From the NCBI GenBank assembly GCA_031372065.1, contig JANMKN010000189.1:1-26950 (forward strand): a DNA stretch of 26,950 nucleotides. The letters are read 5' to 3'. The notes under the pieces were generated by a model. That model saw only the letters and a list, made by a program, of their open reading frames with translations. It did no database searches and had not been told where the DNA came from. How positions within the stretch are numbered: position 1 is the stretch's first letter; each line of letters begins with the position of its first letter. Source of the stretch: Abditibacteriaceae bacterium. Its GTDB lineage: Bacteria; Armatimonadota; Abditibacteriia; Abditibacteriales; Abditibacteriaceae. Made by a program: the position numbers and the translations under genes. Below, in pieces: positions 1 through 7,193 of the stretch.

Positions 1-2942
1 GCTTGTACCATAACAAACGGGCTATTCATCATGTAAAGCGCTTGCGGCGCGATGGTTGTCGAGGCGCGCTGTCCATTGACGAAACTGGGGTCACCGAAAT
101 CAAACGCTTGAAAGAAATCGTAAACCGCGTTGCGAATGACCGGCAAATAGATGCTGCGACGCGGCTTGTCATATTGCGCCGAGTTGCGCGATTGATCGTT
201 GGTGACGTAATCAAAATTCTTCGCCATCAAAAGCGTGCCACCGGGCGACAAATCCATCTGCCCGGCCACTTGCAAGAGCGAATCGCGCAGCGGTTCGGCT
301 TCTAAGCGGCGACGATTGGCGCGCCACCATAATTTATTGTCGGGGTCTTTCAATTCGCCAGCCTCGCTCGTCGCACTGCTCATTTGATAAGTGCTGGACA
401 GCATAATCAGCTTATGCATTTTCTTCAAAGACCAACCGTTTTCCACAAAAGTCGCGGCCAAGTAATCGAGCAGTTCGGGATGTGTCGGCAGTTCGCCGCG
501 CAAGCCGAAGTTATCGGGCGAGCGCACGATGCCTTCGCCAAAATGCCCCAGCCACAAGCGGTTTGCCATGACGCGCGGCGTGAGAGGATGCTTGTCGCTG
601 GTCGCCCATTCCGCGAATTGCAAGCGTCCACTGGTGTTATCGGGCAGCGGTTTTTGATCTTCGCCTTCGAGAACAGTCAGAAAATGGCGCGGCACTTCGT
701 CGCCTAAATTCAATGTGCTGCCGCGCAAATGCACCTTGACGTTTTCGATTTTATCGGCGTCGGCCACAGCGATTGCCATCGGCGCATCGGGCACAGCCTC
801 CTGCGCTTTTTTTACTTCTTCGTTGGCTTTGGCGAGGCGCTCTTTAGTTTCTTTGGGATACAATTCTTCGGCTTTGTCCGGCACCGCGAAGGGGCCTTTT
901 TTGGCTTTGAGAGCTTCACGCAACGGCTCTAAATCTTTGCTTTCCGCGCCATTGATTTGCTCGGTCAATTTTTGCGCGGCGCTGTTAAATTCGCCTTCTG
1001 TAGCGGTTGCCAAATTGTCCCACGCATCAAAAGCCGCGTTGCTTTGCAAAGGTCGCAGCGTTTTAGCCCACGCCTGCACAATGGCAGGCACTAATTTGCG
1101 CGCGCCCGCAATTTGTGCCACCGTGCGCGTCGGCGCTTTTTGCGCGGTGGGAGCTTTGGCTTCGATGACAAACAGTTTGTCGAAGTGCGGGATGGCGCCT
1201 TTAGCTTCGAGACGCAGCACATTTTTGCCCGCGACAAATTTAAAAACGCCCTGCACATCCCACTTTTGCCCATCCGGCCCCCAACTGCCCGTGACATCGG
1301 CAGCCGCGTTTTCCGCGATAGTTTGGTCGTTGAGTTTCAAGCGAACGGCGCGCATTTCCTGCGCCGCATAGCGCATTTCCAGTTGAAATTCTCCGGCGTT
1401 GGGCACAGTAATATCCCACTCGGCAAAAGTGCCGACGCCGCCCGACTCGATAACGCCGATGTCTTTGCCATACGAATCGAAATTCTTGGGAAAGTCGCCG
1501 CGATTATATTTTTCCGTTTCGATAACTAAACGGAAGGGGCCGTTTGGCTCAACCGGCGTTTCGGCTAAGGTGAACAGGCCGGTTTGCTGCGAGGCTTCCC
1601 AGCCCGCCAGAACATATTTGCCCAGATCGCGCTTCCAGCCAGCGATCAGTTCGGCGTTGGCCGCGTCGCTGATTTTTTTGGCTTCAGCTTGGACTTTTTT
1701 CACGTCTTCCTGCTTGATTTTGATTTCCGCTTCCACTTCGGGCGAAGCCAAAGGGCGCTCGAAAACTTTGGCGACGGAGTTCAAATTCTGCATGGTGCGC
1801 GTGCTTTTAAAAATTCCAGCCAGCGCATAATAATCTTTGGTGGGAATCGGATCAAATTTGTGATCGTGACAGCGCGCGCAGGCCATCGTCAGGCCCAAAA
1901 CACTTTTGCTGGTGGTGTCAATCTGCTCGTCCACGATGTCCATTGCCAATTTGGGCTTATCCGGCTCGGCCAAAACTTTGGGGCCAAGGCTGAGAAACGC
2001 CGTCGCGGTTAAACGCTCATTGCGCAGTTGCGCGTCGTCGGTGGGCATTAAGTCGCCGGCGATTTGTTCTTTAATAAATTCGTTATACGGCTTGTCTTTA
2101 TTAAAGGCGGCAATCACATAATCGCGATAGCGCCACGCGTTGCCAAAAGCGGTATTTTCGTCCAGACCATTGGAATCGGCATAACGCGCCACATCCAGCC
2201 AGCGGCGGCCCCAGCGTTCGCCATATTGTGGGCTTGCCAGCAGTTTGTCCACGACTTTCTCGTAAGCGTTTGGCGCTTGGTCGTTGACAAAAGCTTCGAC
2301 ATCTTCCGGCGAAGGCGGCAAACCGATCAGATCAAAATACGCGCGACGAACTAAAGTGCGGCGGTCAGCGCGCGGCGCAGGCTGCAATCCAGCGGCTTCG
2401 AGACGCGCCAAAATAAAATTATCAAGCGGCGACTTAAGCCACGCCTTGTTTTTCACAGCGGGCGGCGCAACTTTCTTGATCGGTTGTAACGACCAGAAAG
2501 CGCGTTGTTCGGGCGTGATTTTCCACACTTTTGCTGGCGGCGGGCCATCGCCCGCTTTGGTTTCGCCGCCCGGCCACGGCGCGCCGTCTTTGACCCATTG
2601 CGTCAGCGCGTCAATATCGGCCTGCTTCATTTTTCCGGCAGGCGGCATTTGCAATTGTTGATTGGCGTAGCGAATCGCTTCGATAAGTTTGCTTTTATCG
2701 GGGTCGCCGGGCACAATACTCGGCCCGAAATCGCCGCCTTTGAGAATCGCCTCGCGCGAATCCACGCGCAAGCCGCCAGAGTGTTTTTTCTCGCCGTGGC
2801 ATTTGTAGCACTGGTCAGCCAAAACAGGACGCACCTTGGCTTCAAAAAATTCGGCTTGCTGCGGGGTGATTTTATCTGCTGCCAAAGCGGGCAAAGCCGC
2901 CAAAACCACAGAATTGAGGAAAATTTGAGAATATCGAAGCAT
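1..2942 (-). CDS. Planctomycete-type cytochrome c + DUF1549 + CBM-like insert + DUF1553 (PSD1) protein; 3' end lies beyond the left edge
   Basis: Hand translation from ATG 2942 gives MLRYSQIFLNSVVLAALPALAADKITPQQAEFFEAKVRPVLADQCYKCHGEKKHSGGLRVDS (signal peptide, CxxCH). Further on: ERWGRRWLDVARYADSNG and CARCHDHKFDPIP (DUF1549), then RRRLEAEPLRDSLL, RRSIYLPVIRN and QRASTTIAPQALYMMNSPFV (DUF1553). Absent from the ORF track, consistent with no stop inside the window; seven + strand ORFs lie in its antisense frame. Confidence 0.93.
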   Translation of the reverse strand, partial: MLRYSQIFLNSVVLAALPALAADKITPQQAEFFEAKVRPVLADQCYKCHGEKKHSGGLRVDSREAILKGGDFGPSIVPGDPDKSKLIEAIRYANQQLQMPPAGKMKQADIDALTQWVKDGAPWPGGETKAGDGPPPAKVWKITPEQRAFWSLQPIKKVAPPAVKNKAWLKSPLDNFILARLEAAGLQPAPRADRRTLVRRAYFDLIGLPPSPEDVEAFVNDQAPNAYEKVVDKLLASPQYGERWGRRWLDVARYADSNGLDENTAFGNAWRYRDYVIAAFNKDKPYNEFIKEQIAGDLMPTDDAQLRNERLTATAFLSLGPKVLAEPDKPKLAMDIVDEQIDTTSKSVLGLTMACARCHDHKFDPIPTKDYYALAGIFKSTRTMQNLNSVAKVFERPLASPEVEAEIKIKQEDVKKVQAEAKKISDAANAELIAGWKRDLGKYVLAGWEASQQTGLFTLAETPVEPNGPFRLVIETEKYNRGDFPKNFDSYGKDIGVIESGGVGTFAEWDITVPNAGEFQLEMRYAAQEMRAVRLKLNDQTIAENAAADVTGSWGPDGQKWDVQGVFKFVAGKNVLRLEAKGAIPHFDKLFVIEAKAPTAQKAPTRTVAQIAGARKLVPAIVQAWAKTLRPLQSNAAFDAWDNLATATEGEFNSAAQKLTEQINGAESKDLEPLREALKAKKGPFAVPDKAEELYPKETKERLAKANEEVKKAQEAVPDAPMAIAVADADKIENVKVHLRGSTLNLGDEVPRHFLTVLEGEDQKPLPDNTSGRLQFAEWATSDKHPLTPRVMANRLWLGHFGEGIVRSPDNFGLRGELPTHPELLDYLAATFVENGWSLKKMHKLIMLSSTYQMSSATSEAGELKDPDNKLWWRANRRRLEAEPLRDSLLQVAGQMDLSPGGTLLMAKNFDYVTNDQSRNSAQYDKPRRSIYLPVIRNAVYDFFQAFDFGDPSFVNGQRASTTIAPQALYMMNSPFVMVQ

Positions 2943-3177
2943 GAGAAGTGACAAACGACCAAACCGCAATAGCGTTTCAAGTCATAGTTGGACTTTTGGC
3001 AGCCGCTTTGGTGTCGGAAAGACAAGTGTAACTTTCCGATTGGTGTATTGAAATTTGTAAGTGGGCTATGTTGCGTTCGTTTTGGTTGTCAGAAAAGCTG
3101 TGATGAAGTTGTTAGGACTGGCGGCTTGAAATTTGCTAAAGTGCTTTTAAACCCTTCCCCATCCCAGGAGATTATTC

Positions 3178-3669
3178 ATGTTGACTCACAAGACCGCACC
3201 ACTGTCAAGTCGCACCATTCGCCCCGTTGCCGTTGTGCTGGTAACCTCATTGCTTTCGCCGGTTTTGTTAGTCGGCTGCGGCAGCAATCAACAAGCCTCG
3301 GCGCCGCCACCACCGCGCGATGCCTCATCGGGTGAAATGAGCCGCATGAGTCCCTCGGCGGCGCCCACCAAAAAGGGCATGAGCACCAAGCAAAAGGTAA
3401 TTTTGCTGGCCGGTGCCGCTGCGGTCTATTACCTTTACAAAAAACATCAGGCCAAAGTGAAAGCCGGACAGACAAATGTGCAGTATTATTTGTCGAAAAA
3501 TGGCCGGGTTTACTATCGCGACCCGCAAACGCATGGAGCAATTTGGGTCACGCCACCCAAACAGCCCATTGAAATACCTGCCGACCAAGCGGGCGATTAC
3601 GAAGGTCTGCAAGGTTACAACAACAGCCCCAGCGGACGTGACCTCAACGGCCTGATTCCCGTTGGATAA
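3178..3669 (+). CDS. Lipoprotein of unknown function
   Basis: AGGAG RBS before the ATG; lipobox LLVG-C; Pro/Ser linker; hydrophobic segment KVILLAGAAAVYYLYKK; C-terminal YYLSKNGRVYYRD...WVTPP domain. Confidence 0.85.
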   Translation: MLTHKTAPLSSRTIRPVAVVLVTSLLSPVLLVGCGSNQQASAPPPPRDASSGEMSRMSPSAAPTKKGMSTKQKVILLAGAAAVYYLYKKHQAKVKAGQTNVQYYLSKNGRVYYRDPQTHGAIWVTPPKQPIEIPADQAGDYEGLQGYNNSPSGRDLNGLIPVG

Positions 3670-3722
3670 ACCCCAAACCTGATTTAAAACACCACTGCGT
3701 GTTGGCACACAAAGGAGACACT

Positions 3723-4037
3723 ATGAACCCACTTGATTTACTCTTTGGACAGGTGCGCCGCGAGATTGAAACTCACGCCTCACCAAACACCCCCGGCCCC
3801 AGCTACGATTCTGGTGGCTTACTCAGCATTCTGGGCGGACTTTTCGGGCAGCACGCTCAAGGTCAGGGACAAAATTTTGATCCTGACAACGGCTACAACC
3901 AAACCAACGATTACAACCCGCAATACGGCAACGTCAAATCCGCATCCGAAGACCCGTATGGCGACCCTGCCGACCAACAATTCGGCAACGTCAAACCTGC
4001 CTCGCAAGACCCGTATGGTGACCCTGCTGATAAATAA
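3723..4037 (+). CDS. Small acidic protein with two tandem 19-aa DPYGDPAD repeats
   Basis: AAAGGAGA RBS at 3711-3718 precedes ATG 3723, a better start than the track's TTG 3699. A terminator follows the stop. Confidence 0.85.
   Translation: MNPLDLLFGQVRREIETHASPNTPGPSYDSGGLLSILGGLFGQHAQGQGQNFDPDNGYNQTNDYNPQYGNVKSASEDPYGDPADQQFGNVKPASQDPYGDPADK
3921..4034 (+). repeat. Coding tandem repeat, 2 x 57 bp
   Basis: Units start at 3921 and 3978 and encode QYGNVKSASEDPYGDPADQ and QFGNVKPASQDPYGDPADK. Confidence 0.9.
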
Positions 4038-4048
4038 ACGGTGAGGCA

Positions 4049-4086
4049 CAAAAAGCGGAGCGCATTCATTTGCGCTCCGCTTTTTG
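4049..4086. terminator. Bidirectional intrinsic terminator
   Basis: CAAAAAGCGGAGCGCA-ttcatt-TGCGCTCCGCTTTTTG between the convergent stops at 4037 and 4099. Confidence 0.9.
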
Positions 4087-4098
4087 GTGCTTGATGAG

Positions 4099-6732
4099 TT
4101 ATTTAATCTGACTCTCTAAAACATCAGCGGCTTGTTTTAAGGCGTCATCAATTTTCGAGGCATCTTTGCCACCGGCTTGGGCGAAATCGGGTCGCCCGCC
4201 GCCGCCGCCGCCTGTTGTTTTTGCCAGTTCGCGCACGAGATTTCCGGCGTGAGCGCCCGCTTTGATGGCATCCGGTGAGGCTTTGACGGCCCACAGCACT
4301 TTTCCGTCGTTATCAGCGCCCAAAACAACAACACCGTTGGATTTTTGCGCCAATTGATCGGCCAAATTGCGCAGCGCATCGGTATTTAAGCCTTGCGGCG
4401 CGCGTGTGGCAAGCAACTTGACGCCGTTGATTTCTACGGCGCCCGATAGCAAATCCTCGGCGCTGGCCGAAGCCACTTTTTGCTGCGCTTGTTGCAATTG
4501 GCGTTCAAGTTCTTTGACGCGAGCGCGCATTTTTTCCGTCGCGCCGACTATATTATCGGGCTGCGTGCCGAGAATTTGCGCTGCCGTGCGCAAGCGCGTT
4601 TGCGTTTCGCGGTCATGCGTCAAAGCCAACGTGCCCGTGTAGGCTTCGATGCGGCGAATGTTGGCACTGACGCCGCCTTCGCTAATAATGCGGCACAAAC
4701 CGGTGGATGAAGTGTTTGGCAAATGCGTGCCGCCGCATAATTCAAGGCTAAAGTCGCCCATCTTCACGGTGCGCACAATGTCGCCATATTTTTCGCCAAA
4801 AAGCGCCATTGCGCCCATCGCTTTGGCTTCAGCTAAGGTTTTTTGCTCTATTTCCACCGGAAGCGAACGCAAGATTTCTTGATTCACGGTGTCTTCGACA
4901 AGTCTATTTTCTTCATCGGAAAGCGGCGCATTATGCACAAAGTCGAAGCGTAAACGGTCAGGCGCGACAAGCGAACCGCGTTGCTGCACATGATCGCCCA
5001 AATGCAATCGCAAGGCGGCGTGCAACAAGTGCGTCGCCGAATGCGCACGCTCGATGGCGTGGCGTCGTTCTACATCCACAATCGCCGTCACTGGGCCATT
5101 TTTCGGTGCGCCTTCCAGCATTTCTACGGTGTGAATCCACGCCTTGCCGTTCTTTTTCGTATCCAGCACGCGCGCTTTGAAATCGGCGCCGATAATCTCG
5201 CCCTGATCGCCAATTTGCCCACCACTTTCGGCGTAAAATGGCGTTTGGTCAAGCAAAACCACGAAATTTCCGCCTTCAGGCTGAAATTCCAAAAGCTGTG
5301 CCTCGGTGCGCGTGGTTTCATAACCAAGAAAGCGCGTTTCGGCGGCGCCAAAAATGCTTTTTTCGTATTCGCCAACCGCAGCACCTGAAACTTTGGAATG
5401 GGCTTCTGCTGCGCGTTGATAACCTTCCTCGTCAATGCCAATACCTTCTTTAGAGAGAATTTCACGTGTCAGTTCGAGCGGAAAGCCGTAGGTTTCATAA
5501 AGGCGGAACGCCTCGTCGCCGGGTAGGATTTCACGAGATTCTTCAAGCCCTTCCATGAGGTATTCCAGACGATCCATGCCATCGGTCAGCGTTGATTCAA
5601 AACGTTTTTCTTCGCGCTTAATCAACTGCGCGATGTTGGTAGCGCTCTGGCTCACTTCAGGATATATATCGCCGTAACTGCGTGCAATCACCGGCACGAT
5701 GCGGTGTAGAAACGGCTTGCGGTAGCCGAGGTTTCGGCCCATCAAGAAAGCGCGGCGGATGAAGCGGCGCATCATGTAATCTCGCCCGTTGTTGCCCGGC
5801 ACGATACCATCGGCGCCCAAGAAAACCGCCGCACGAATATGATCGGCAATCACTCGAATCGGCCACGTCGTTGGATTCTGCGGATGGAGCCGATACGGTG
5901 TTATGATAAACGGCAACTCCGTCTCCGGTCCTCCTTCTTGTAAAGTGGAAGGAAGATTTTTGATGTGAACAATCGCGTTGACGATGGGCGCGAATAAATC
6001 GGTGTGGTGAATGGTGTCCACGCCCTGCAAAATCGCGGCGGTGCGTTCGAGACCCATGCCGGTATCAATGCCGGGCGCCGGAAGTGGCAAAAGTTCGCCG
6101 TTTTCCTGCTGATTATATTGCTGAAAAACTAAATTCCAAATTTCGCCGTAGCGGTCGCCGTCGCCGCCGGGACGATCTAATTCGGGGTCGCCGGTGTCGT
6201 ATTTCGCGCCGCGATCAAAGAAAATTTCGCTGTCCGGCCCGCAGGGGCCGCTTTTGCCAACCGGCCCCCACCAGTTGTCTTTTTTGCCGAAACGATAAAT
6301 GCGCTCGTCAGAAAGCCCAACGTCGCGCCGCCAAATTTCCGGCGCTTCGAGGTCTTCGTGATAAACGCTGACCCACAAAACAGCGGGGTCAATACCAAGG
6401 GTTTTGGTGAGAAATTCCCATCCCCAAACAATCGCTTCGCGCTTGAAATAGTCGCCGAAGGAAAAGTTGCCAAGCATCTCGAAAAACGAGGCGTGGCGCC
6501 ATGTGACGCCGACTTGTTCGATGTCATCGGCGCGGCAGCATTTCTGGCACGAGGCGAGGCGTGACTTGGGCGGCGCTTCTTCACCTTTGAAATATGGCAC
6601 GAGTGGCTGCATTCCAGCACTGGTGAGTAACGTCGTCGGGTCGCTGGGAATCAACGAGCCACTGGGAATGACAAGCGAATCTTTCGACTCGAAAAATTGC
6701 AGGTATTTTGAACGTAATTCGTTTCCGGTCAT
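4099..6732 (-). CDS. alaS: Alanine--tRNA ligase
   Basis: Starts MTGNELRSKYLQFF; TSAGMQP, HASFFEMLGNFSFGDYFK, IDTGMGLER, editing-domain HSATHLLH and ELCGGTH, C-terminal GGGGGRPDFAQAGG. The start was moved from 6888 because that extension overlaps the tRNA promoter. Confidence 0.98.
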   Translation of the reverse strand: MTGNELRSKYLQFFESKDSLVIPSGSLIPSDPTTLLTSAGMQPLVPYFKGEEAPPKSRLASCQKCCRADDIEQVGVTWRHASFFEMLGNFSFGDYFKREAIVWGWEFLTKTLGIDPAVLWVSVYHEDLEAPEIWRRDVGLSDERIYRFGKKDNWWGPVGKSGPCGPDSEIFFDRGAKYDTGDPELDRPGGDGDRYGEIWNLVFQQYNQQENGELLPLPAPGIDTGMGLERTAAILQGVDTIHHTDLFAPIVNAIVHIKNLPSTLQEGGPETELPFIITPYRLHPQNPTTWPIRVIADHIRAAVFLGADGIVPGNNGRDYMMRRFIRRAFLMGRNLGYRKPFLHRIVPVIARSYGDIYPEVSQSATNIAQLIKREEKRFESTLTDGMDRLEYLMEGLEESREILPGDEAFRLYETYGFPLELTREILSKEGIGIDEEGYQRAAEAHSKVSGAAVGEYEKSIFGAAETRFLGYETTRTEAQLLEFQPEGGNFVVLLDQTPFYAESGGQIGDQGEIIGADFKARVLDTKKNGKAWIHTVEMLEGAPKNGPVTAIVDVERRHAIERAHSATHLLHAALRLHLGDHVQQRGSLVAPDRLRFDFVHNAPLSDEENRLVEDTVNQEILRSLPVEIEQKTLAEAKAMGAMALFGEKYGDIVRTVKMGDFSLELCGGTHLPNTSSTGLCRIISEGGVSANIRRIEAYTGTLALTHDRETQTRLRTAAQILGTQPDNIVGATEKMRARVKELERQLQQAQQKVASASAEDLLSGAVEINGVKLLATRAPQGLNTDALRNLADQLAQKSNGVVVLGADNDGKVLWAVKASPDAIKAGAHAGNLVRELAKTTGGGGGGRPDFAQAGGKDASKIDDALKQAADVLESQIK

Positions 6733-6831
6733 GGTGTTTTGGGCGCGTATCAGGCGCGCGGGCAAGTTTAACGAAATCCTTGCTTTCTTGGCCTGAGTTC
6801 CAATAAGGAGAACGTAATCCAAATCGGCATC

Positions 6832-6860
6832 TTGGCAAAACGCGTCACAGGGTTTATAAT
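6832..6860 (+). promoter_or_regulatory. Sigma70-type promoter of tRNA-Val
   Basis: TTGGCA(6832-6837)-N17-TATAAT(6855-6860), 33 nt upstream of the tRNA. Confidence 0.7.
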
Positions 6861-6893
6861 GAAAATGCCTTGATTTGCAGGCAGTCATGAAAC

Positions 6894-6965
6894 GGGCGAT
6901 TAACTCAGCGGGAGAGTGCTACCTTCACACGGTAGAAGTCGCTGGTTCGATCCCAGCATCGCCCA
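6894..6965 (+). tRNA. tRNA-Val, anticodon CAC; CCA not encoded
   Basis: Cloverleaf: acceptor GGGCGAT/ATCGCCC + A, D arm ACTC/GAGT, anticodon arm CTACC-TTCACAC-GGTAG, T arm GCTGG-TTCGATC-CCAGC. Followed by TTA rather than CCA. Confidence 0.97.
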
Positions 6966-7028
6966 TTACATATACATAGTTTGCCCAACGTTGAAGTTTT
7001 AAGTGAAACTCGCGTTAAACTTTGTTAA

Positions 7029-7187
7029 CCCAAGTTGCTACCTATAACCCACCCGTAAACGAGTGGGCTGAAAGGAATCAAAAGCCTCGTGAACGAGGCT
7101 GGACTTGCCATCTTTAGCCTCGTTTTTGAGGCTTTTGAAAGGTCAGCCCATTGCTTTAGCGGTGGGCTGCAATAGGTGGCAACTTGG
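7029..7187. repeat. Palindromic four-hairpin dispersed element, copy 1 (REP/REPIN/MITE-like)
   Basis: Outer IR CCAAGTTGCTACCTAT / ATAGGTGGCAACTTGG. Hairpins CCCACCCG-TAAA-CGAGTGGG, AGCCTCG-TGAA-CGAGGCT, AGCCTCG-TTTT-TGAGGCT and AGCCCATTGC-TTTA-GCGGTGGGCT. 7048-7073 is identical to 19925-19950. Confidence 0.88.
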
Positions 7188-7193
7188 TTTTTT

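Noticed and set aside
3..2951. Numerous + strand ORFs such as 3-305, 715-1371, 1584-2012 and 2505-2951
   Set aside because: Antisense shadows of the large minus-strand cytochrome c/PSD1 gene; no recognisable motifs.
4049..4086. Shared ATTCATTT loop region in the terminators at 4049-4086 and 22318-22356
   Set aside because: The stems differ and the match is too short to define a repeat family.
6733..6888. N-terminal extension of alaS, or a T-box leader
   Set aside because: AlaRS similarity begins at MTGNELR, the extension overlaps the tRNA promoter, and no T-box motif or antiterminator is visible.
6940..7030. tRNA-Val as the attachment site of an integrated island
   Set aside because: I found no duplicate of the tRNA 3' end and no integrase in the window.
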